From contig JAZUIN010000024.1 in NCBI GenBank assembly GCA_045642225.1, positions 28,984 to 92,983 of the forward strand: a DNA stretch of 64,000 nt. Reading direction: 5' to 3'. The notes under the pieces were generated by a model, which did no database searches, was not told where the DNA came from, and was given only the letters and a program-made list of their open reading frames with translations. Shown here piece by piece: positions 21,623-29,705 of this stretch. This DNA is from Lachnospiraceae bacterium. GTDB taxonomy: Bacteria; Bacillota; Clostridia; Lachnospirales; Lachnospiraceae. How positions within the stretch are numbered: the stretch's first letter is position 1; every line of letters begins with the position of its first letter. The position numbers were made by a program, and so were the translations under genes.

Positions 21623-22450
21623 TTAGTATAACTTCTCTATAATTCCATCTTCCATTTTATATGTATGCTCTTCTGCCGGAAATGTTCCATTTTTCACTTC
21701 TTCATCATACTGCTTAAATGCTTGCGTCATAATTTCTCCAACATTTGCAAAATGCTTTACAAATTTGGGCTTGAAATCTGTAAACATACCCAACATATCT
21801 TGATAAACAAGTACTTGTCCGTCACAACCTGCTCCTGCGCCAATACCAATTGTCGGAATAGAAATAGTCTCGCTCACTTTCTTAGCCAATGCCGCCGGTA
21901 CACATTCAAGAACAACTGCAAATGCTCCCGCACGCTCCACAGCTCTTGCATCATCCAAAAGCTTCTGCGCCGCTTGTTCGCCTTTACCTTGCACCTTAAA
22001 TCCACCAAATGCATTTATAGATTGCGGAGTCAAACCGATATGTCCACACACTGGAATCGACGCATCTACTATCGCTTTTATCGTCTCTTCCACTTCAACG
22101 CCACCTTCTAATTTAACGGCTTGTGCACGTCCCTCTTTCATTAATCTACCTGCATTAACTACTGCATCATATACGGATGTTTGATATGACATAAAAGGCA
22201 TATCACAAATTATCAACGCGTTCTTTGCACCTCGCGCAACTGCACTACAGTGATGAATCATGTCTTCCATAGTAACCGATATTGTATCTTCATATCCTAA
22301 CATTACATTTCCCAAAGAATCGCCTACTAGAATAGAATTGATTCCTGCTGCGTCAATAATTTTTGCTGTCGAATAATCATATGCTGTAAGCATAGTTAAC
22401 TTATCCCCAGAAGCTTTTGCTTCCTTAAATGTTACTGCTGTATTTTTCAT
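21623..22450 (-). CDS. panB: 3-methyl-2-oxobutanoate hydroxymethyltransferase
   Basis: LTAYDY, VGDSLG and KLEGG motifs. ATG at 22450 after AAGGAGAAGG. The track start is at 22483. Confidence 0.9.
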   Translation of the reverse strand: MKNTAVTFKEAKASGDKLTMLTAYDYSTAKIIDAAGINSILVGDSLGNVMLGYEDTISVTMEDMIHHCSAVARGAKNALIICDMPFMSYQTSVYDAVVNAGRLMKEGRAQAVKLEGGVEVEETIKAIVDASIPVCGHIGLTPQSINAFGGFKVQGKGEQAAQKLLDDARAVERAGAFAVVLECVPAALAKKVSETISIPTIGIGAGAGCDGQVLVYQDMLGMFTDFKPKFVKHFANVGEIMTQAFKQYDEEVKNGTFPAEEHTYKMEDGIIEKLY

Positions 22451-22836
22451 TCGCCTTCTCCTTATCTTATTATTTACTTCCAAAAAAGGATTATTTAATT
22501 ACATATACACTGATTGTATCTAGCTGAGCGCTAATAATGATGGTTATGTGAAAACACAACAGATTCTAAGCCACCGAAATGACTTACTAGATTTTTAGAA
22601 TACTACTTACGTCGATTCAACTTACGATAAGGCTCCACGATGGATACCTTTCATTTGTGAAATGCAAGTATATTTTCTCGTATTATATTTGACTATCATC
22701 TGATGTAGTTTCATTACAAATACCGCTCAATGATACTACCATAAATCTATCACAGATTAACTAATAAAACAATCATATCTTACAGATATATTCGTGGCAA
22801 ACACGATTCCAAGACACGAAAAAATCATAGATTTTA

Positions 22837-22865
22837 TTGCAATACGAACACACGTTTGATATAAT
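22837..22865 (+). promoter_or_regulatory. Near-consensus promoter of the small toxin-like mRNA
   Basis: TTGCAA (22837..22842), a 17 nt spacer, then TATAAT (22860..22865). The predicted start is near A22872. Confidence 0.7.
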
Positions 22866-22955
22866 GTTTTCAGGCAATACTATTAGTATGGTAGGTGGTT
22901 TCGCCCTCACTTCAGAGGGCTATGCCCTCTGGACGAAAGAAAGGAGGGATAGCTT

Positions 22956-23042
22956 ATGGTTAATTTTGCAGACTTAATACAGTTTTGTATTCTAATCGTT
23001 GCTATTGTTAGTCTTGTTTACAAGATTTCGCACAAAAAATAA
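22956..23042 (+). CDS. 28-aa hydrophobic peptide MVNFADLIQFCILIVAIVSLVYKISHKK, a candidate type I toxin (holin-like small-toxin class)
   Basis: ATG at 22956 lies 7 nt after AAGGAGGG. There is a single predicted TM helix with a basic C-terminal tail. The ORF sits in a ~245 nt transcript whose 5' and 3' ends are complementary. It is below the ORF-track length cutoff. Confidence 0.65.
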   Translation: MVNFADLIQFCILIVAIVSLVYKISHKK

Positions 23043-23118
23043 CCGCCTCTCGACCAAAGAATGCGGTTACAAAAACTAAAACTTTAGGGCGAACCATCTA
23101 TCGGTATTGCCTTTTTGT
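23031..23118 (-). ncRNA. Candidate antisense antitoxin sRNA (~85 nt), convergent with the 3' end of the toxin mRNA and overlapping it
   Basis: Own promoter (see 23125..23152). Its terminator is AACCGC-16 nt-GCGGTT (23068..23041) followed by ATTTTTTGTG on the minus strand. The body is fully complementary to the toxin mRNA 3' arm. Confidence 0.6.
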
Positions 23119-23124
23119 ATCTTT

Positions 23125-23152
23125 ATTATAACATCTGAGAAAAATTTGTCAA
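23125..23152 (-). promoter_or_regulatory. Consensus promoter of the antisense sRNA
   Basis: Minus strand: TTGACA (23152..23147), a 16 nt spacer, then TATAAT (23130..23125). Confidence 0.7.
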
Positions 23153-23210
23153 ACAGCGAAAAAGCCCTCTATAACATTATTAATTATTGACTTTACACTC
23201 CCCTATATTC

Positions 23211-23238
23211 TTGCAAATAACTTCTAATTCCATATAAT
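23211..23238 (+). promoter_or_regulatory. Candidate promoter of the hybrid histidine kinase operon
   Basis: TTGCAA (23211..23216), a 16 nt spacer, then TATAAT (23233..23238). Confidence 0.55.
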
Positions 23239-23259
23239 ATTAATTAGGAAGGTTTTTAT

Positions 23260-26151
23260 TTGCAGCAATTATATGGGGGAATGTCTATGAGATATATTTT
23301 TGCTACAATTCTTTTTGTATTTACAATAATCGCATTTTTCTATGCAACAAGAATTTTATACAACAAAAACTTCAAAACAAAAACATTTATACTTCTAACC
23401 TTTTTGTCAATCGCGAGTGCGCTATGGGGATTAGGTTATGGAATAACGCTTATTTCTAGTAGTGAGAGTTTAAGCTTTATTTTCACGCTTATCAGCTTAC
23501 TCGGTTTCATTTTATTCATAATTGCGAATCAAACAACCATTTGCATTTTCCAGAAAACTAAGTCTGCCCTCAAAACTCTTTGCACACTTCTTGCCGTCGA
23601 ATTAAGTACGGGCATAATCTTGTTCTGTGTTTTATCCACCAAGACAAACCACCAATTTAGTTACACAAATAATGAACTACACATATCATTTTCTCCGCTA
23701 GCGAATATTATATTATCAATATATATTATTGGAATTGTTGTTGCACTACTCGTCATGTCTATTAACTTGCTTTCTAAAAAATATTCAAAACGTTTTAACG
23801 CTTTAGGCAAGGCTATATTAGTTGTTATTGGCTTAATCGTTATTGGTGTAATTTCAGACATACTTATTTCTATTATTGAACCAAGCTACAATTTATCTAT
23901 CTGCACATTACTTCAATTTGTGGGCCTAGAAATTATGTATCACGCTCTACACAAATTTGGTCAAAATGCTATTCGTCTTGAAAATGTTGCTAACTACATT
24001 TTCGATAATTACGACGTTCCATTTTTCGTATTTGATGACAAACACTCACTTAAATTCATGAATAATTCTGCCATAAATAATGTTGGCTCTAACTGCAATG
24101 TCGGTGATAACGAAAAGGACGTTTGGGAAAATATATTCCACCAGTCAGTACCTGAAGACATTAATGAAAAATGCTGTGAGCTGCCACTAGTTCTTGAAAC
24201 TTCTAACGAAACAAAGCACTTCATACTTACAACAAATCCATTCTTCAACGAATATGAAGATTTTATCGGATACATTGTAACTGCGACAAATATTACATCT
24301 CAAATTGAGTCGGCAAAACACGAGGAAGCGGCTGCTATAAAAACACAATTTCTTGCAAATATGTCCCACGAAATAAGGACTCCGCTCAACTCAATTTTAG
24401 GATTTAATGATGCAATTATTCAAAACCCTGCGGACACTAACAAGGTGAAAGTTTATTCAAATAACATCCATGAAGCAGGTGAAAACTTAAAGGATATCAT
24501 CAATTCAATTCTTGACATTTCCAAGATAGAAATGGGGCAGCTAGAAATCGTATCAAAAGAATACAACTTTGTGGAGTTACTAGATAATCTTGTTAGTATG
24601 TTTGAACTTCTATCATCTAAAAAAGGCTTAGAATTCAACACCAAAATCGATTCTTCATTGCCTCAATGGATGATTGGCGATGAACGTCATTTGCGCCAAG
24701 TTCTAACAAACATTTTGAGCAACGCTGTCAAATACACTGACAAAGGTTCTATAACACTAGAAATAAAAGTACTAGATAAAAAGCCACCTTTGAACAACAT
24801 ACTATTTGCCGTTACTGATACAGGTAAAGGAATCAAGGAAGAAGATCAGGCTAAACTTTATGAAAAATTCCAACGACTAGACACAGAACATTTCAAACAT
24901 GTCGAAGGTTCAGGGCTTGGTATGAGTATTGTTCAAATGACTCTAAAAGCAATGAATAGTAAAATACAACTAAATAGCACATATAATGAAGGCTCTACAT
25001 TTTACTTTGAACTAGAGCAACTCTCTATGAAGGAAGAGACCATTGGAAATTTCCAAATACGTCGTCAAGAAAATGCTAATAAAGAATTTCAAAGTATTAA
25101 TTTCAGAGCACCTGAGGCTAAGATTCTTATTGTAGATGACGTCGAGATGAATATAGATGCTACTATTGCTCTTCTCGAATTTACAAACATGAATTTAGAT
25201 AAAGCACTTTCTGGCAAAGAAGCAATCGATAAAATCAAGCAAGAAAAATATGACATTATTTTTATGGATCATATGATGCCAGACCTAGATGGTATAGAAA
25301 CTACAAAAGCAATTCGTAACCTTTCTATCGAATACAATGATGCATATTACGCAAGTGTTCCTATTGTTGCGCTTACAGCTAATGCTATTGTAGGCATGAA
25401 GGAAATGTATCAAAATGCAAGTATGCAAGACTTTATAAGTAAACCAATTGAAATATCTTCCATTATATCTGTAATCAAACGTTGGTTACCTGAAGATAAG
25501 ATTATGGAAGCGAGCGAAGAAGAGTTGAAAACTGCCGCTTTAGCTAAATCTGGACATCTAGATTCTAGCGAAATTGTTATGCCAGACGCTTGGCCTACCG
25601 ATATAAAAGATATAGACATTACGCTAGCAAAAAAATACAACGCTAATCCAATAGGCTTAGAAAAAAATATGAAAAGCTTTGTCAATGCTTATGAAAAAAA
25701 CAAGCAAGACATTTCTAGCTTCTTTGAATCAAACGACATTAAAAATTATGTTATAAAGGTTCATGGCTTGAAAAGCACTTCAAAAATGATTGGTGCTATC
25801 GAGTTATCAGACAAAGCAAAGCACAATGAAGACATGGGCAACCAAAATGTAATGACGCAAGAAGATTTTGATGAATTAATGTCTTTGTACGATACATGCG
25901 TATCAAATATAAAAGAATATTATGATATTGATGACTTCAACACTTTACCTTCTATAAACGAAGCCGAATACAATAATATTCTTGCAGAGATAAAATCTGC
26001 TGCCGACACATTTGACGCTACAAAATTTATGGAACTAGAAGAAAGAATATCTAATCTTAGTGTTCCACCAAACTACCAAACAAAATTCGACGAAATAAAA
26101 CAGTTAGTATCAAACCTTTCTTTTACAAAAGTATCAGAAATGATTAACTAA
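23260..26151 (+). CDS. Hybrid sensor histidine kinase (multi-TM sensor, HisKA, HATPase_c, REC, C-terminal HPt)
   Basis: H-box FLANMSHEIRTPLNSILGF, N/G boxes (NAVKYT, DTGKGI, GSGLGMS), a REC domain (ILIVDDVEMN...FMDHMMPDLDG) and an HPt His in VHGLKSTSKMIGA. The track start is a TTG. The ATG at 23287 after GGGGGA is an alternative start. Confidence 0.85.
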   Translation: MQQLYGGMSMRYIFATILFVFTIIAFFYATRILYNKNFKTKTFILLTFLSIASALWGLGYGITLISSSESLSFIFTLISLLGFILFIIANQTTICIFQKTKSALKTLCTLLAVELSTGIILFCVLSTKTNHQFSYTNNELHISFSPLANIILSIYIIGIVVALLVMSINLLSKKYSKRFNALGKAILVVIGLIVIGVISDILISIIEPSYNLSICTLLQFVGLEIMYHALHKFGQNAIRLENVANYIFDNYDVPFFVFDDKHSLKFMNNSAINNVGSNCNVGDNEKDVWENIFHQSVPEDINEKCCELPLVLETSNETKHFILTTNPFFNEYEDFIGYIVTATNITSQIESAKHEEAAAIKTQFLANMSHEIRTPLNSILGFNDAIIQNPADTNKVKVYSNNIHEAGENLKDIINSILDISKIEMGQLEIVSKEYNFVELLDNLVSMFELLSSKKGLEFNTKIDSSLPQWMIGDERHLRQVLTNILSNAVKYTDKGSITLEIKVLDKKPPLNNILFAVTDTGKGIKEEDQAKLYEKFQRLDTEHFKHVEGSGLGMSIVQMTLKAMNSKIQLNSTYNEGSTFYFELEQLSMKEETIGNFQIRRQENANKEFQSINFRAPEAKILIVDDVEMNIDATIALLEFTNMNLDKALSGKEAIDKIKQEKYDIIFMDHMMPDLDGIETTKAIRNLSIEYNDAYYASVPIVALTANAIVGMKEMYQNASMQDFISKPIEISSIISVIKRWLPEDKIMEASEEELKTAALAKSGHLDSSEIVMPDAWPTDIKDIDITLAKKYNANPIGLEKNMKSFVNAYEKNKQDISSFFESNDIKNYVIKVHGLKSTSKMIGAIELSDKAKHNEDMGNQNVMTQEDFDELMSLYDTCVSNIKEYYDIDDFNTLPSINEAEYNNILAEIKSAADTFDATKFMELEERISNLSVPPNYQTKFDEIKQLVSNLSFTKVSEMIN

Positions 26152-26162
26152 GGAGAGTTGTT

Positions 26163-27737
26163 ATGAATGGTGAATTACATATAGAAATTGCCGTTGATAT
26201 GATGAGCGCTAGAGCTTGTATATTTCCTGGCGATAATGAAATAACTGAAGACTATGTACGAAGAACCATCTACGAAGCAGGGGTTACTATGGGTGTCAAT
26301 GAAGATAGCATTTTAGCCTTGATTAATGCTACGGAATATGAGAAATGGGTTGACATTGCTGTCGGTCGTGAAGCTGGCGAAACCACTCCTGGTTACTTTG
26401 AATATTTCTTCGAACAAGTCGACAATACTGCACGCACAATTATTGACGAAAAAGGAAATGTTAATTACGGCAAAAAACGTGTAATGGTCTACAAAGGCGA
26501 TAAGCTTGCAACTTACCATAGAAGTGTAGCTGGAACTTTCGGCTATACTGTTCTTTCTACCGTAATTGCATCAAAGCCTGTAAAAAACTACACTCTAAAA
26601 TGTAGAGAAGGCGTAGAACAAATCGAAAATGACTTCTACGCTACTCAAGATGGCGAAGTCATTCTTAAAAGAGATAGCATCTCAGTTAGCAACCTACTTG
26701 TTATTGAAGGCAATGCTAAATTTGGGTATGATTCTAACACCAACTTCGTTGGTAACGTTCTTATAAAAGGCGACGTCCTTAAAGGCGTAACTATTGAAGC
26801 AGCTGGAAATGTAGAAATACTAGGAACACTTGAAGCAAACAATATATTTGCAGGTAAAGATATTATTGTACACGGCGGTATCAAGGGTGATTCTAACGAC
26901 CAAATCAAAGCTGGTGGTTCTATAATATGTCCATATGTAGAAAATGCCACTCTGATTGCAGATGGAAATATAGAAGTTGATACTGTAATGCATTCTCATT
27001 TAAAAGCCGGAGACAGCATTAGAGTTCACGGGAGACGTGGGGTAATCATTGGTGGTGATGCCACTGCGAAGAATACTATTGAAATCGACCATGCTGGCAA
27101 CAACAAAGATGTTGGAACAAAACTCTATATCGCTAATGACGATCATCAAAGCTTACAGTTTAGCAAAATTATTGTTCATGATGTATGTAATGAATATGTA
27201 AATCTTGCTATAAACGACAGAAAATACTGCGCAGAAATTCTTGAAAATATGGAATACCACTATGTAAATAGTAGATTTGTAGTATGCAAAATCGGACAAT
27301 ATGTTCCAGAAAAAGAAATTGATTCACCTGAAGAGAAACCTGTTAAGAAAACAGTGCTACTCGTCGACGATGAACCAATGATTCTCAAAACATATTATGG
27401 TTTCTTAAAAGACAAATACGATGTGCTCCTTGCAAGTTCTGCAAAAGACGCTCTTGCCATATTAGAAAAAGGAGCTAAGAAACCTGATTTAATTCTATTA
27501 GATTATGTTATGCCAGAAATTAACGGTGCACAATTCTTATCTGCTATAAGAAAAACTACTTGGAAAGACTACTCTAGCCTACCTGTTATTTTCGTTACAG
27601 CAATGAGTGACAAGTCCATAATCGTAAAATGTCTAAGTCTATATCCACAAGGTTATTTAATAAAACCTATTGGTCAAGAAGACTTAATTCGTGCTGTCGA
27701 TAACTATTTTGCTAGTGAAAAAGAAACTGATTTATAG
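26163..27737 (+). CDS. FapA/DUF342-family protein fused to a C-terminal response-regulator receiver domain
   Basis: The N-terminal ~390 aa look like DUF342 (beta-helix-like repeats GNVEILGTL..., GDSIRVHGRRGVIIGG). The C-terminal REC reads VLLVDDEPM...LILLDYVMPEING...VIFVTA...KP. AAGGAGAG Shine-Dalgarno. Confidence 0.75.
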   Translation: MNGELHIEIAVDMMSARACIFPGDNEITEDYVRRTIYEAGVTMGVNEDSILALINATEYEKWVDIAVGREAGETTPGYFEYFFEQVDNTARTIIDEKGNVNYGKKRVMVYKGDKLATYHRSVAGTFGYTVLSTVIASKPVKNYTLKCREGVEQIENDFYATQDGEVILKRDSISVSNLLVIEGNAKFGYDSNTNFVGNVLIKGDVLKGVTIEAAGNVEILGTLEANNIFAGKDIIVHGGIKGDSNDQIKAGGSIICPYVENATLIADGNIEVDTVMHSHLKAGDSIRVHGRRGVIIGGDATAKNTIEIDHAGNNKDVGTKLYIANDDHQSLQFSKIIVHDVCNEYVNLAINDRKYCAEILENMEYHYVNSRFVVCKIGQYVPEKEIDSPEEKPVKKTVLLVDDEPMILKTYYGFLKDKYDVLLASSAKDALAILEKGAKKPDLILLDYVMPEINGAQFLSAIRKTTWKDYSSLPVIFVTAMSDKSIIVKCLSLYPQGYLIKPIGQEDLIRAVDNYFASEKETDL

Positions 27738-27739
27738 TA

Positions 27740-29524
27740 TTATCCTTTTACACTTTCTATAGGTCTAATTTTGCCCTCATCGATTAATCTTAAGAATATC
27801 TCTGCAAGACGAGGGTCAAATTGAGTGCCAGCACAATTTCTAATTTCTTCATACACAACATCATCTTCTAAACGTTTTCTATAGACACGGTCTGTTGTCA
27901 TTGCATCGTAACAATCTGCAATACAAAGAATTCGTGCAACTAATGGTATCTCTTCGCCCTTGAGACCATCTGGATACCCATTTCCATCATAACGCTCATG
28001 ATGATGACGTACACCATCCTCTAAACCATTTATATTATCAATAAAACGCAAAACCTCTGTACCAGAAGAAGTATGTGTTTTCATAAGAGAATACTCTTCG
28101 TCTGTAAGTTTTCCTTGCTTATTAAGCACTTTATCTGGCACTGCAATTTTGCCAATATCATGTAGTGTTCCAATATAACGAATTCTATTTGAATCGTCTT
28201 GTGTAAAACCATATTCATCCATAAGTGCTTCACAAAGAATTCTAGAATATTCTCCTACACGCTCAGAATGTCCACCAGTATATGAATCCTTAGCATCGAT
28301 TGTGTTAGCTATTGTTTTAATCGTCTTCATCTTCTGGTCTTCTGCTACAATCCTACCCTTCTCAGCGGTAAGAATTGCATCCAATATAACCTGACACAAA
28401 GTACAAACTAGTAACGCTACAAATCCTATTGCAAGGAAGGTTCCCATAATATATGCACTAGCAAAATAGAAGAATACTAATTCTGCAAAACCAGCAGCAA
28501 TTGTTATAAATATACCTATAGCAATTATCTTGTAATTTCTTGCATATCCCTTTTTCAAATCTATTATCAAGATTACAACAGATGTCACTAATGCAAGTGC
28601 TGATAATACATGTGAAACATTTAATGTCTGACCAAAATTTAACACTCCAGCATAATTAAGAATCACATTTAAGAGAATCTGCCCTGTCATTACAGCACAC
28701 ATAATTGTGTAAACTTTGGTATATCTATGATTCTGAACATCATCGAAGAATATTGCCGCAAGAATTGCAATAGAACTTACCAATACAGATGCGTACAACG
28801 CAACATATGTTGGGTTATTCATAAACAACTGTCTCAACTTCGACTCAGACAACATCCATAATCCTAATGTCATAGTCAAGATTGCTATTCGAGGCAAAGC
28901 TGTTGATACATTAATCTTTCTACGAAAAACCAATGAAATAATTAATATAGCAAGACCAAATGCAACAAGTAATACAGCCAATATCATAAATAGTATATTC
29001 GTATGTATAATACCGAACCACACATTATTGCCTGCTCCGTATGTAACAGCATTAAATTTACCATTTCCATCATTGCATGCCGTAAATTCAATCTTCATTT
29101 CCTTGCCTGAATCCGAAGCATTAACTGGTACTACAATATAAGCACTAGCTAAATTTTCGCCAACAACAGGAAAATCTGAAGATTCGTATTTATTCACTAC
29201 TCTGCCATCTATACTTATAACAACATTTTGCGCTGAAGATCGCATCATCATAGACATGTTATCGTTTATACCTTCTGGCAACTTCTTAGTCATTACAACT
29301 TTGTCCCCTTTAGACTCTGCCACTCTAAACGGTAATGTTACGACCTTACTTTCTTCTCCATTGTATGAAAATGTCCAATTCTCACTGTAATCTTCTGCTT
29401 CAAAATTACCTATACTTGGCTCTCCCTTACCCTTTGGTAAAAACATTGCTAACAAATATGCCAACGCAGAAAAAATTAATATAATACTTAATACAATTTC
29501 AATAGCTATCTTAAGCTTTTTCAT
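27740..29524 (-). CDS. Membrane sensor HD-GYP domain protein (c-di-GMP phosphodiesterase class) with an extracytoplasmic domain and a 7TM region
   Basis: HDIGKIAVPD...HHERYDGNGYP...ADCYDAMTTDRVYR. The N-terminus has a signal anchor, a ~150 aa ectodomain and about 7 TM helices. Confidence 0.85.
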   Translation of the reverse strand: MKKLKIAIEIVLSIILIFSALAYLLAMFLPKGKGEPSIGNFEAEDYSENWTFSYNGEESKVVTLPFRVAESKGDKVVMTKKLPEGINDNMSMMMRSSAQNVVISIDGRVVNKYESSDFPVVGENLASAYIVVPVNASDSGKEMKIEFTACNDGNGKFNAVTYGAGNNVWFGIIHTNILFMILAVLLVAFGLAILIISLVFRRKINVSTALPRIAILTMTLGLWMLSESKLRQLFMNNPTYVALYASVLVSSIAILAAIFFDDVQNHRYTKVYTIMCAVMTGQILLNVILNYAGVLNFGQTLNVSHVLSALALVTSVVILIIDLKKGYARNYKIIAIGIFITIAAGFAELVFFYFASAYIMGTFLAIGFVALLVCTLCQVILDAILTAEKGRIVAEDQKMKTIKTIANTIDAKDSYTGGHSERVGEYSRILCEALMDEYGFTQDDSNRIRYIGTLHDIGKIAVPDKVLNKQGKLTDEEYSLMKTHTSSGTEVLRFIDNINGLEDGVRHHHERYDGNGYPDGLKGEEIPLVARILCIADCYDAMTTDRVYRKRLEDDVVYEEIRNCAGTQFDPRLAEIFLRLIDEGKIRPIESVKG

Positions 29525-29627
29525 TATATAAACCCCTTATTCCCCCCGAATCGAAATTACAACATTATGTAAAATACTTATTGTAATTCTAACAATATTT
29601 TTGTCACTTTTCAATATCTTTGGATAA

Positions 29628-29657
29628 TAAAAAAAGATGCTCCATTTCTGGAGCACC
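29628..29657 (-). terminator. Intrinsic terminator of adhE
   Basis: GGTGCTCCA-GAAA-TGGAGCATC followed by TTTTTTT on the minus strand. Confidence 0.75.
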
Positions 29658-29705
29658 TTTCATCATTAATGAACTTATATTAAGTCTCAAAAAACTCGTT
29701 TTATA

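Noticed and set aside
22484-22740. The ~230 nt leader upstream of panB as an instance of the 'pan' RNA motif
   Set aside because: The pan motif is known upstream of pantothenate operons in some Firmicutes. I found only short generic hairpins, for example the ATTCTAA...TTAGAAT stem at about 22569..22611 and GTTGTG-TTTT-CACATAAC. I could not recognise the tandem stems with conserved bulged adenosines. It needs cmsearch and cannot be called by eye.
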